The notes beneath the pieces are model-generated. The model did no database searches, was not told where the DNA came from, and saw only the letters and a list, made by a program, of their open reading frames with translations. A stretch of DNA of 64,000 nt from Yuukianura sp. NJ FZ-2021. Taxonomy: Eukaryota. Of the stretch, positions 23,359-36,545 are shown one piece after another (position 1 is the first letter of the stretch; every line of letters begins with the position of its first letter). The stretch is taken from positions 5,270,001-5,334,000 of the forward strand of contig CM102288.1 of NCBI GenBank assembly GCA_046563655.1. The letters run 5' to 3'. The position numbers were made by a program, and so were the translations under genes.

Positions 23359-23520
23359 CCGAGTGTTTCAAGCCCCCTAGTAATTTTAATTAGATAATTT
23401 TCTAAATTTTACGAATTTTTAGTCCTTTCCCCCATCTCACAGCATTGGACCACCCACGCTTTAAAGGAATTTACTCCCCACCCAAGAGAAAATTTTTACG
23501 GGGGGTAATGGTGCACTCGG
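23359..23520. mobile_element. Putative Tc1/mariner-type MITE, 162 bp
   Basis: TA|CCGAGTG...CACTCGG|TA with subterminal inverted CCCCC/GGGGG tracts. Confidence 0.55.
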
Positions 23521-25454
23521 TATAAAGAAAAACGTGATGCCGGCGGCATCTTTGCTAGGAAAAACTCAACTCTGCTTTCTCTTTTTACCCCAAGCGACTT
23601 AACAACGCAGAGTGGAGCGCATTGTCTTTTGGTGCTGAAAATCACGGAGTTTTAAATTTTACAATGTTGGCTTTATATTAAGTATTTGGATAATTTTCTT
23701 AAATCTTTACGGTTTTATCCATTTGTTGTCAGCTTTATAACTATGGAATTTACATCGTCATGGTTGAACCCACCCACTAACTTTTGTAAGTTCCATTGTT
23801 ACGTTTGTAGCATTTTGTGAGCAGAATTGCCAAAAAGTTTCCTTAAAATGTTTATTCATGACTCAGGTTCTTTCTTTCCTGTATTTATCTGTCTCCCAAA
23901 TTTGAAACCCAGGAACTTCCGAAGCGTAAAATTAGTCGGAGAAAAGTCAAAGGAACGAAGTGAAAGTTAATTCCTCACTTTCTCCTGTCTTCACTTTTAA
24001 GTTTACTAAAGGATCTTACCTGCATTCTTCATTACAATTCTCTCATTTGATCCTCCTTCTGCTCCAGAGAACTTTCTCAAGGAACAAAACGAACAAAATT
24101 ACATCACTTTTCTTCCTACGTCGAACAGTTTTTGACTTTCACAAACGAACTCTCTCTTCCAGAAACCTGAACCCCATGTGCTCCGAATTCCAAAAACATT
24201 TTCAAACAAATCAACCAAATTTAAAACCACTCATGTATGCATCACCATGCCCAATTCTCAAACTTAAAGCTTTTAATCCAACTAACGAATGGGAGTTTTG
24301 AATGCTGAAGCAAGTTTTAGTCCATAATATAGTCATTTAGAAACATAAAGTTCAACGTTGTAATTGTATAACTATTGCATAAGCCTCACGTACATGATGA
24401 AAAATCAAACTGCAAGTAAGTAGTTCAACCTGATCGCTAAATATTTAGGTCGCCGTCTGCACTTTCCATAAAATGTAAAAACATAAATTACTTCTAGTCG
24501 TTTTTCCATTTCTACAAATTGAAATACTCTTTGAAATTAGAGCCAAAAAGTTATTAGCCTTGACTCCTGGTTGTCCTCTCCTGCACATTAACGTTATGTT
24601 TAAATATGTAATAAACCTACTGACAAAAAGAGTTAGAGTTCTTTGCATCACTCTCGTCGTCACATTTTTATGAAAGTCGTAACTCGCTCTTTCTCTTTTT
24701 GAAAACATTAAAACCTTTTTGAGACTCAGAACTTGGAGAAAGTGGGACTTTGATTCCCGTTTTTTCCAGCGATCAAAGTCACCATTGACGACTGTAGGAT
24801 GGAGATGCGGAAAAGTGGGAAATGGGAAAAGAGGAAATAGAAATGGGGAAATGGAAAAGGAAAGTGTGATCTCACTTGACTTAATGTTGCCTAATGCTTT
24901 CTCCACTTTCACTTATCATTTCCCATCATTACATGAGACATGAATTCCATTTCAGCCCTCAACCACACCAAGTCAATCTTCCTTCTGCATCTCTGACCTT
25001 TAGTCTAGCTCTCTTCCATTGACTTTCTTCAACGGGTCACGACGTTTCGACTTTTTACTCTTCACTCTCTTCGTTTTCAAAAATTTACTTTCTCTTTCTA
25101 AACCTAACCTAATCCTAGTTTTACCGAATCTAGAAAAGCTTTTTCCAACACTTTGGGAATCTTCCATCTGCTCTCCAGCTCAGCCTCTAGTGCTTTTGTC
25201 AATTTAAAAAAAAATTGAAAAGTGAAAATATTGATTTCTAGTTGACAAAATATTTCAACAACGAGGCAAAACGTTTCCGCTTTGATGGAAATGCTATCAA
25301 ATAGAGAACACAAAAGGAAATTGACTTTCCTCAGATTTTGTAGTTTTTCACAATGTCCTGGAAAAGAATCAAATTCTAGTTAGCAGGGTCATTAAACTTG
25401 ATTTTACGGGTGTTGGTCGTGATTTTCAAAAAAAACAAGTTCTAGGAGGAAGGT

Positions 25455-25743
25455 CAAGGTTCCTTGACAACCGAGTTGCATTTCCTACAACAGGTTGTTT
25501 AATAACTCAGGGTTTCCAAAAATTTTACTTCAGATCAATTTCTGCACCAATTTTGTTTATTTTTTTCCACAATTTTTTTTTCAAACTTTGAACACTAAAT
25601 GGCAAAAAAAAGTTGAAAATTGGCATAGAGCTGGAAGTAAGTTCAATCGGTTTCATTTTTGAAAATTTTTACACAAAATCGAAAAACTGGAGTTATTGGA
25701 CAACCTGCTGTAGACAAAACATCTTCATTGTTTACGAATCTTG
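25455..25743. mobile_element. hAT-like MITE (CAAGG-terminal family)
   Basis: About 55-bp imperfect TIRs (CAAGGTTCCTTGACAA...CAGGTTGTTTAATAACTC and its mirror). 8-bp flanks AGGAAGGT / GGGAAGGT. Confidence 0.7.
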
Positions 25744-26810
25744 GGGAAGGTTGTTCCAAACGGGATTTTTTTTTGTACAAAATGGGCTCAAGGATACAGC
25801 AGCCTTTGTTAGCGTTAGGTTTAGGTTAAGGGGACATTGAGCGGTAGTTGTGCAGTAGTAAATAAGGAAATTGGTTTTACTTGGAATAATAGGGACATAA
25901 ACTGTCTCAGGAGAAATAAAAGCCTGTCCATAAAATGGAACTTCTACCTTAACTCCAACAAAAAACAAAAGGGGAACACAGGAAGTGTGTTTTAAGCTTA
26001 AATGTGGATCATTTCCAAACAACTTTCACCACTTTCCTTTCTTTTCCCTCACAGTTTCAGTTATAGCACAAAAAGTTTTGCTGAAAAGACGTAAAACCTT
26101 TAGGAAAATGAACTTTTTGAAGAAAAATTTCTTCAAATATGAGTAGACATTTAGACTCAAACTTTCACTCAATTTGGACATTTATGGGTTTTGACAATGG
26201 ATTCACCAATAGTGAAGGTGTTTTTGACAAACTTTTTTTGGAATAAAAAGATGAAAAACTGGATGAAAAGCTATACTAAAAAATGACAGTCTTTTTTGTC
26301 GTAAACTTAGAAATACTGAATAAGAAAAATATTGAGCTTCAAATATTTTTTAAACAACAGCGTTTCGTTCTGCTAAACCTTAAAAAATGAAACATTCAAA
26401 ACACTTTTGTTTTTTGAAAGGAAAATTAGGCCATGTTATGTTTTGAAAAAGGTTTGGCTAGGCTGATTAACATTTTTTTCTAAATGAGTCAAGGCTACAA
26501 CCTTTATAAAAGTTGAGAACTGGGGCTCCGGCGTTGACCTTGACCTTGGCTTTCAAATTTTTTTTTTCAAATTCAAAGAGAATGAGAATGTCTTAGGTAC
26601 CTAAGCTTCTCCTGAGCCTAACCTTAGATGCTACCTGTTTAGTTTCTAAGGGCACGATGAATTTTTTTGAGTCAACAAAGCCAAGGGACTGGAGAGAGGT
26701 ATGGAGCGATTTACAATTGGAGATCCAGGCACATTCGTCTATTTGACTTGGTGACATACGCTCCAAAGAACGAAAGGAAACTGCATAACCTAATGGTAGA
26801 CGTTACTAAA

Positions 26811-28043
26811 ATGGCACAACCTGGAAAAATAAGGGCATTACGACTGGGGACTTATTTGCTGCTGCTCGTTGCTCTGCACACTGCTGAAACTGTTGCAGAA
26901 TTTAGTGGAATTGGCAACTTCCCTCGAGGGAACACACAACCACAAGTCGAAACGGTAAAACACATCAAAAATATATGTTAACAAAGTGAATATGAGTTTG
27001 GCTTCACGATTGAGCTGTTCTGTAATACTTTTTGGAGTAGAATTTTGCCTATTTATATTTATTTTATTTACGTTTCTCATAATTTGTGCTTGTGCTAACT
27101 CGTCCTTATGTTTAGATTTTCAATGCTCAAAAATCTCGACACCTTTTGGATGAAATCCACTTTGATGTTCACAGCGTTTTGCGAGATAGGCATCAGCGAG
27201 GCTTGGAAGATTACAAAGTTAGTAATTTCTCGTCAATTTATAAACTCGAAAGTTTTTTTTTTGTAAGACTTAAAAATTTTGAACTGTCTTAACTTCTTTC
27301 TGACAACAAAAATTTAGGCTTGTAAAACTGAACATGCAGCGGATACCGGACTATCTAAAGTTTCCACTTGCTTGGAGTCTCTATTTGGCGGGAGTGCGGG
27401 TTCATCCGGGGATCAGCAAACAATTTCAAGCGGAGCAATTGGCTCAGGAACTTATGGTAGCCAATACCCGGTAGGTCAAGGTGTTGGGTACACCGGTATG
27501 GGTCAACTGCCAGGTCAAGGTCAACAGGGTCAATTCCAACAATACCCGTCTCAGTTTGGACAACAAGGTCAATACCCGTATCAGCAGGGCCAGCAAGGTC
27601 AATACCCGTTTCAGCAGGGTCAGCAAGGTCAATTTCAGCAGTACCCTTACCAACAAGGACAACAGGGGTCATTCCTGGATCAGCAGTATGGAAACCCAAA
27701 TTGGCAGTATGGGCTGCAGAATGAGTACACTGGAGGGTACCCATTTGGAAACAGTGCCACCAACAATGGAGCGTTCCAATATCCAGGATTCAGCACAATG
27801 GGTCAACAAGGTCAACAACTGAGTAATATGGGTCAAGGTCAACTGAGTAATATGAGTCAACAGGGTCAGTTTGGTTCGATGGGCCAATCACCATACCTCT
27901 CTCAGCTGTACAGCAGACTTCCCATTGGGCAGCAGACTACTGCGCTGGGAGCTGGTACTGGTTATCCCAGCAAGAGATCAGTTGTCGTTTCGAAAGGCAA
28001 ACCCGTGTACCTCCTGAAGTCAACGAAACCGGTCGTCGTTTGA
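26811..28043 (+). CDS. Secreted Gln/Gly/Tyr/Pro-rich repetitive protein, 323 aa
   Basis: Exons 26811-26954 (hydrophobic signal YLLLLVALHTAETVA), 27116-27217, 27318-28043 join in frame. GQQGQ(F/Y) repeats. Confidence 0.8.
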
Positions 28044-28502
28044 AATTTGCTTTTCCAAATTTTCAACTTTTGAAATTTATTGTTTTCGGTTAAAGAATTA
28101 TAGAATTTCGAAATTCTTGTTTCCAATTGTTCTAAGATTGAAAATTCATCGTCCTAAATAATCCTTTTTTTTTGGAATTTTACGTTTTCAGCTTAATTCA
28201 CAAATGTTGAAATTCACTCTTTTGAATAATTTAGCAACGCTTCCAGTTTTTGAATTGAAAAATAAACTGAAACACTGAAAGTGAAAGAGCCCAAAAATAA
28301 ATTTTGGAGCCAGAGTCAGTCAACTGGATAGGAAAGGAAAGCTCCGTTAGAACAAACGGCTTTTTCTGAAAATACACTCACGAAAATGTTTAAAATTCAA
28401 AATGAAACATGTCACAAGTCATTTCAAAACAAGTTTAGTTAGACTCTGCGTTGGCTGCTTCAAAGTTCAGTTGATTGCATTTGAGCAACGCTTCTAACAA
28501 AA

Positions 28503-28809
28503 ATGAAAAGTTTCAGTTCCAAAAGATTTCTTACGCAATTCGCAATTGTGGCCGTCTCTGTTTTGTTCACAGTTGACACAACTTCTGCTCTTGTGGTATG
28601 TTTTTTAAATTTAGATATTTATAATAATTTATTTAGATATATAAAATAACTAAAGTCGAATTAATCTTGACTTATGAATTTAACTTTGGAATTTATGTAC
28701 GCAGTGTCCCTTAACAGGAAAGATAGAATGTAATCGTTTGTTGGGACTAACTGGCGGGTGTCCTCTTGGAAGGCTTTGTTCAGTTGCTAACTGTTGCGAA
28801 ACATTGTAA
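28503..28809 (+). CDS. Small secreted 6-Cys peptide, 65 aa
   Basis: Exon 28503-28595 (MKSFSSKRFLTQFAIVAVSVLFTVDTTSALV), phase-0 GT-AG intron, exon 28705-28809 (CPLTGKIECNRLLGLTGGCPLGRLCSVANCCETL*). Confidence 0.75.
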
Positions 28810-31256
28810 ATTTTATAAACATGAATCGCTTTGAAAAAATATAATTAGCGTTTTCACGATAATATTTTTGAAATCTTTGTCTATATCTAGGTTGGAGTCA
28901 ATTTTACTCAGAAATGAACTTCAAGCACCTCCGACTTTATCCAAAGCAACTTCACCCGAAATTTTAGAAAAGCCAAATGAAAATATGGAAGTGAAATCAC
29001 ATATCCCAATTCCTTCGCCATTGGAATTTGTGAGTGTCAACCTCGCGTTCACTGTTTGTCAAAATGCAACTTGCGTTTCACACACGGACAAAAAGTAAGA
29101 AAAACCGCCAATTTTTGAAGTTGAATTTTGTTTCTGACATTGTTTGGAATTTCAACTATGACTCCAAAGTTCTGAAATTCTTTTTTGAGTTTCTTTTAAT
29201 TTCTTAAAAAATGCTTTTATTTCTTTCATTCTCAGGCAGCCAGAGTCAACAGTTGCAGAATAAGGATCTGAAATATTTTTATAAAATATAAAATTACTAT
29301 AAAATAGTTTTGTATTAATTTATTTTATACTTTATACACAATAGTATAAAAATTTAGGTTTTCTTTCTCACCTGTTTGGCTTTGTTTTAAAATAAATGAC
29401 TCAATAAATATTAAGAAAAACTCAAGACAAAGAACTCCGCAAAACAAAGAAGTTTTTTCTCAAGCTCTAGGGAATTTTTCTCGTTTTTTAAAACAAAAGA
29501 ACGGATTTTTTCCCGCTCTTATTTTGGTTTGGTTTAGGTAAGAAAGTTAGGTTAGAACAAAAAACAAAGAAGCGGAAAAAAGTAGGATTTGATTTATTTA
29601 TATCCCACTAAATTTGAACTTATCTCCCCCCACTGCTTTTCTCCTAGAAGGATTTTGATTAGTTAACTTTGATTCTAAAGTTCTTGGTCCTTATTATCCT
29701 GCACTACTAACTTCTACATGTGAACCTCCAGCGCTAAACTCAAACTCTCATATCAACTTTCGCAACTCACAAACTTTTTTTATCAGGGAGAGAAAGTTTG
29801 GGCAGGAGAGAGTAACGAATTTTGAAAATCAGGTTCATCTGTGTTGTGTTACGCAGAGAGGAGTTGTTCACAGGAATGGAGCTGGTAGTGTACAGATCTA
29901 TTGGTTAAGGTATAGAAGCCTAATTGCACTTGACAGGTAGCAAGAAAGCTACTAATTGGATTTACACCTTCTCCACTAATTAAGTGACTTGAGATGAGTT
30001 CGTCTGCGTCTAAAACAACTAAAATGTATAAACGCTGTTCACAAGTAGCGACGGCCAACACTATCAATGAACCAAGTTTGTAAAGGAAAAGCTTCTATGT
30101 CAAAATCATTCACCTGACATTTTCTGGTTGAATGTCATAAACTAATTCTACTAGAAAACTATTTGCTGCTCATTTTTTAATTTGCCGTTCAGATGTACCG
30201 AGAACATAAAATTGAACGTGAAAATTTAGCCACTCCGAGTCAAAATCTACACGGATTTCTACTCAGATCTCGAGGATTTGCAGTGTAAATGTAGAGTAAA
30301 AATTTGTCCAGTTGTATAGGAACGATTACGGTAGGCAGACAAGCAGACAAACAGACAGACAAAGAGAAGGAATTTTACAACTAAAGTTCCTTGAGTACAC
30401 GGAAGCTAAAATCGACTTTATTTAAATCTCACTTAAACAAGTGTTCTTCAAAAACTTGTTTGAAATGTAGGTTTTCAGTTTTGAAATTTGATAGCGTTAG
30501 ATTTTAGGTTCTATTGAAACCTGATTCAGCAGAATTTCATTTAGACTAAGCGAACGTGAAAATTATCAAAGGATCTGCTCTCATAATGAGATAAATTAAT
30601 TTCCAAAACGCTCTTAATGAAATGAAATCCACAGTTCAGTACGCTTTTTCCATTTCTGCTTTTTCCAAAATTTCAAACCTTCCCTCCTAACTGGTGACAA
30701 AAGGCCCAGATTTCGGAATCTCTAAACTCTCATTATTAATTAACAAAAACGAGACCCCGCGAAACTTAAAAGTTTTCAGAACAAAAACTTTTTCCTTTCG
30801 TTGTTTAATAATTTCTCGGATTCATAGAATATCCTCCTTTAAAATTTTGAAACCAAGTTTCAATTTTGCTTCAGTTCTTTTATAGCTTCGAGCCACAAAT
30901 TGGAACCGTTTTGGAATCGTACCAACTTTTTCAGAAAATTTAAAAACTTCCCGCCCAAAAATTTCCGGTGAACTCTCAAATTTTAATGAGAAGGTTGAAA
31001 CGTAAACTTGATCTTTCCCAATTCCCGCTCCTGTTCCATATTTAATTCAAATTAAACATTTTTCAAAAAGTTTTTCAAAAGAGAAGTTCAAAATCCAAAG
31101 TTGTTGAGAAGAGTTTTTTGAACTGAGCCACCCTATGCTCTTTGAACGACTTTGATGTAAGTGGATTAAAGTTTTTTCGGCTAAATTTTTTTCCGAAATG
31201 GAAAAAAGTGAAAGGAAAAGTATACATTTTGCAGCGGTTCAAAAAACCAGGAAAGT

Positions 31257-31809
31257 TTAATTTTGAAAACAAACACAGTATTTCATGAGTCGTTGATCTT
31301 GTCTAATTTTCTTTTGATGTATGTCGACACAAACGAATGGAGCCACAGAGCTGTTGGACAGGGTGGATGGATTAGGCTCAACTTTTTCAAAAGCAGAGTC
31401 AAAAGTACAGAAACGACTTCGAAGGTGACAGTTGACCATTTCATGGTAGTCGTAGCTTAGTGGCTTTTTGCAACTTGGTGGAGGAATTACCGTTGGAGGA
31501 CACACACAAAGTCCCGTTATGGAGCACTTTCCGTGCCCTCCAGGGCCCCCTCCCTTCGACCCGCACATTTGAGTGCACCAGAACATGGGTTTCTGTCGAC
31601 AGTGTTGCCAGTCGCCACCTTCCAGCATTCTCTGTAAAACCAGAAATCAACAACGGTTTTTAATTTTTTTTTATACTTTTTATGAGTTTTTCGATTTCAG
31701 ATTTTTTAGATTTTGAGAAAAGTAGTTACAAAAATGGGCTTACAGGACACAATGAGACCGCGACGAAGAAAACAACGTTGGATTTGGTGAAATACTTTCC
31801 AGAAATCAT
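31257..31809 (-). CDS. Secreted two-domain CSalpha-beta defensin-like protein
   Basis: Exon 31809-31744 (MISGKYFTKSNVVFFVAVSLCP, GTAAG donor) plus exon 31631-31257. First domain C-x7-CxxxC-x10-GxC-x5-CxC, then a Pro-rich linker and a second 6-Cys domain ending CxC. Confidence 0.75.
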
Positions 31810-34800
31810 GTGACGGCGACAGGTCACGGGGTCAACCTGACCAGCATTGTCCAAAAGTATGATTTAGTAGAACTTTAGGTTATGTTAACCTAAGTTTAGA
31901 GCAGTTGGAAAGCCCGACTTTGGTTTTAAGTTGATTAAAAGTGAAAGTTAAGTTACACTGGAATGGAAGACTTATGGCCGCAGCCCAAAAACCCAAATGA
32001 CAAAGTGCTACGGGTAGTTTGGAACAGTTAATCAAAACCATAAATTTCAATTGTCATAAAAATCTATTGTTATCATCTTTCTATTGAAAAGCAAATGAAA
32101 AGAAAAGAGTAGTGACTCACCTTATCTAGCTTGGAATTTGGCAATCTGCCTTCCAAAAATCCATTTAAAGGTAATAGGGTGTAGAAGGAATGGAAACCGC
32201 AGGAATTTGTGGAGCACACGGCTGGATCAGCGTTAGCTCAATTACATTATACAATTAAATTAGGCCAGTCTCAGTGCTATTACATATCAGCAGAATTTAA
32301 TTAGCAAAAGAATGACAAAATATAGTATGTTGTCCATGCATAAAAACAAACTACATTGCTTTTTTAATTCTTAGTGCTCGTTATTTGAAAAAGTAAAAAA
32401 TCTCCTGAACATATCTGAAGGACTTGAATTGAATTTTGATAAAAGGAGAATCACTTTTGATGGAGTTGAATTTTTAAAATTGAATTTTCAAAAGTGAGCT
32501 AGTCAAGTCAAATCCACTAGAAAAAGATGGTGACTGGAAAAGTCCTGTCAAAAATCGAGAGAATTTTTTTTTGTGAAAATCCAAGCGTAGGAAGTTAGAA
32601 ACTTAGGTTAAAGGTGACAATAACTTTCGCAATTAGAATTAAAGAATTTTAGTCTCTTTTGAACAAACTGTTTGACACTCCTCCAATTATAATTTTTCAA
32701 CTTTCTTCACTTTCTCTCGATCCAGTAACTCCAGAATCCAAAAAAGTGTCACAACTTTTTTTTCAGTTAGAACTTTGTTGCAAAAAGTTTAAGTCCACGT
32801 GAGCTCTTCACTTTTTTCTAGTCAAGACGCGAGAACGACAGAATTCCAATTTCAATTTGAAAATTACATCCAGTCGGCTTTTTTTCACTTAACTTTTCTT
32901 TTTGAAAAAAAAAACGAAGTCCACCAATTTTTTCTTAAAATAATGTGCTAAGTCCTACTTGCATCTTGGCTTTAAGTGAACTTGATTAGGAGTTAAGGGG
33001 GCAGCGAAAGTGTAGACTCCTATCTCCGCATGATCTCATTCCTGCCTTTCTCCGTGGTCCTTTGGTGCCTATTTCAATCAAAAGAAAATACTTACACTTT
33101 CTGCTCACTTCCTCCTTGCAATTCCATTGCCCGTGGACGTCCAAATGAAAATCTTTGTCATTCCACGGAATTACTTAGGCAGCACACGTCCACAGGAAAC
33201 GAGAACATGAGGGCCAGAATGCTCAAAGACCAAGGGGAAACTGCTTCCTTCCTGTACATTGACGGCTAAACGTCATTGGGTAAACAGAAATTGGATCAAC
33301 AACAATCGATTCAGCTGCGAATAGCATTACAAATTACAGTAAAACTATTTTGAAATTGGTCGGTTCAAAAAATTCTTTTTTTTTTTGTAGCGTAAAATCA
33401 AATATTGTGCTTGCATGAAGTCAAAGTTCGATGACAATATTTTAGTTCCATCGACAAGGTTAGGTTAGGAGTGCCGAATTTCAAAAGGAAGACGTCAAAG
33501 GAAGTAAGTTTTAGTTTTTGATACCCCGGAGAGAAGCAAAGGTGTGGATGAAAGGAAGAACTTTAGGTGTGAGAGATCAAGATTCATATCGAAATTCAAA
33601 AGTAGTTTTTAGTTATTAGAATTTTTGAAATTTGAATTTTGAGAGGATGAGGGATGACTTGAATTGGTTCCTTTCGTAATAATGAATATCAATTCCTTGG
33701 GCGTCTATCGAAACAGCAGTAGAGAGGAAGAGAAAGTTGAGAAAAGCAATTTACTAACTTTTCTCCACACTTCCACTCCCATGAACCACTTTCTCCATCT
33801 CTTTTTTTAAGACTCAAAATAAAAACTCAAAAAGTTACACTCAGAGTTCAAAAGTTCACGAAGCTCAAAATTTCCGCTCCAGTTCAAAATTCAACTTTCT
33901 CAGGGCTTTTAGTTTCTTAGACTTTCGCTACAAAGCTTTTCAAAAGATTTCAAAAGTTCTTAAGTATTTCCTAAATATTTTGCTTTCTTTTGACTTTTCT
34001 TACTAAAAGCCCATTTTGTTGCCCATCAACATTTTTTTTCAAGTTAAATAAGGCTAAGCTGCGTGTTTGATTTTTCTAACATAGTATTTTTTTTGAGTTT
34101 TTGAAAAGAAATCCGAAAAGTCATTTCAGATGTGTTTTTTTTCAAAATGGAGAATGTGTACCTTCTACCTGTGTTTGAAATGAGAAAATATTGGATATTT
34201 CCCGAGTCTTTGCTCGCCATATTGTCCTGAATAGTTGAAATTCCAGACGGATCTTAGGAATTGGGGTAAGATGACTGGGAAATTGGAATGTTGCGGAGGA
34301 ACAGAGGGAGATTGATTCATTTGATTTGATTTCCCCAGAATCGCATTGGAGATCAAGTCATAAATTCCCATGACACTCTCCACATGTCACATGTCAAGGG
34401 TCCTCAAGTACCCCTTCTGTGCTGGACGTGCCTTAGAAACAGGTGCCTCGAATGGATACGCTTTCTCCAGTACTGCTGCAATGGATCTTACTATAACACT
34501 GTTACTGCTGGAACTGCTGCTTTCTACAACTCCAAAGAACCATGCCATTATGCTAGTTAATAATTTAAGCGCCAAAAACCTAAACAAAAAATTCTAAGCA
34601 AATTAAAAATTGTATGCAAGTTAAAACTAAAGTAAGCTTAAGAATTTTATAACAAAAATCGAAGCAATGGGAATCTGAGCAGACGAAAAATCTAAACACA
34701 AAACTCTAAGCATAAAAATCTAGGCAAACAAAACTCTAAGCACAATAAATCTACTGAATAAAAATTATGCAAGCTAAAACATCAACAAACTTAAAACCAA

Positions 34801-36545
34801 AGGAAACTAAGTTTTAAGAATGCAAGTCAAGATAAGAACAACTGCACTTTCAGTTAATTAAGCACGAATAAAAACTTTAACAGGCTTGGAGAAAGTGGAA
34901 GCTCTATTACGCCTGAAAGTCTAAGCAAGAAAAAATAAGCATCAATAATAATCAAAGCAATTAACTAAGCACCAAAAATATAAGCAACCAAATTCCACAG
35001 AAGGCGAAAAATCTCCAAAAGCAGTTATATCTTTAGGTTGCCTACAGTAGTAACTCATCTTTTGCAAAATAAATGTAACACTTCAAAAGCATCAAAATTT
35101 GCTTAGAAATTAGACTGCTTAGGTTTTAGTTGCCTAGATATTTTGTGTATAGGTAATTTGCGCGGAGATTGTGCATGTTGTGAACCCCGGACGTGTGGAT
35201 GAGAAATCAGGGGCGTATCCTTGCAGAGTCGCCTCAACTTGAATAAAATATTAACCATGTTTTTGGTTGAAAGGAATTCTGGTTGAAAAGAAAGGAGTTC
35301 CGTCTCCAGAATTGTGATCTCCGATTCCTCTGGGTTCTTTTCCGTCCTAAGATGGATGATTTGGAAATATCTTATTTTGACAGCAGATACTTCTAAACCT
35401 AACGTAGCCTAACGTTAACCTAAACGGAACGTGAGAAAACTTTGGTTGACGGAGGACTGTGTGATACATGATAAACAGCCAGCAAAAAGTTCTCATCTCT
35501 GCGACGAAACTCTTCAACTACAAGTTTCTCCAACTCCAAAATCCTGAACTAGTTCCGGAAAAAGCCTGAAAAATATATAAATTTTTTTCAGCCCGTTTTT
35601 AATACTTTACACTGCACTTTTTTTGAGTTCAGCAAACAGTTTTTCATTTAGTATTCAGATTTTAAATTTGAATTTACAAAGCTCAAGCTGCCGAGGGCTT
35701 TTCGTTTGATCTGACAGGCTACATTTTGTTTTTTTGTTTTTTTTTTTTTAAATATTTTTGAAATTTGAATTTGTGTTAAGTATTTCCGTTATGAGCTTTT
35801 TGTAAACTCGCTCTGTACACTACGGTCATTAGAGAAATGGTCTCATCAGTTCGTTCGTTCCAATAAAATCCTGGTGTGTTCATGGAAACTCCGTTCCTAA
35901 TGTTCTCACGTTCCTCCACTGACTCATTTTCACTACTTTCTCCATGCTCTCCTGTCACCACATGACCATCCAGCAGTCTACAAGTCAACGTAGTCGGTCC
36001 AAATCCTAAGTTAGGATAGTCTAATGCTACCTGAACTGAACTTTGCCAGGAAAGAAGGAATAGGTCAAAGGTCATCAAAAAAGAAGTCTGGACAGGAACG
36101 TGTGCTGGACAGGTCAGAGAGACAGAGTTGATCGTAGTGTTATTTGGCGTGTTGGAGTGAAATTAATAGTGAGAGAGACTGTTTTGAGGTTGGCGGGAGA
36201 AATTGATTGAAGTTGGAGTGGGACAGGGGACATGGATTACAATTTCGTTTGGCACTGTCTCTCCTGTGATTAATTGTTTTCCGCCACCTTCACTTTCTCT
36301 CTAACCTAACCTCGGTGCTGCAAAACCGTAAGCTTCGTCTTAACATTTTGACACCTTAAAAGTTTTTCTAAAAGCTTAGCAACTTATACTTTGAAAACTT
36401 TTTCCTGAGGGACGTCTTTCGTAAAAAGAGATTTCGGAAGTTAAAATGTTAGAAGAAATTTTGTTGTTTTTGGATTTATTTGATTTCTTAGCAACTTAAT
36501 TAATTTTTTAAATTTTATGTTTTATTTATATTATTTTAATCCTTT

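Noticed and set aside
30335..30412. CAGA microsatellite with small hairpin resembling a DINE/Helentron end (also 23279-23295)
   Set aside because: Too short and degenerate to delimit an element.
34165..34597. Short ORFs on both strands
   Set aside because: No recognisable motif and no consistent splice model.
35776..36078. 100-aa minus ORF downstream of the CYP
   Set aside because: No family signal and no start or exon support.
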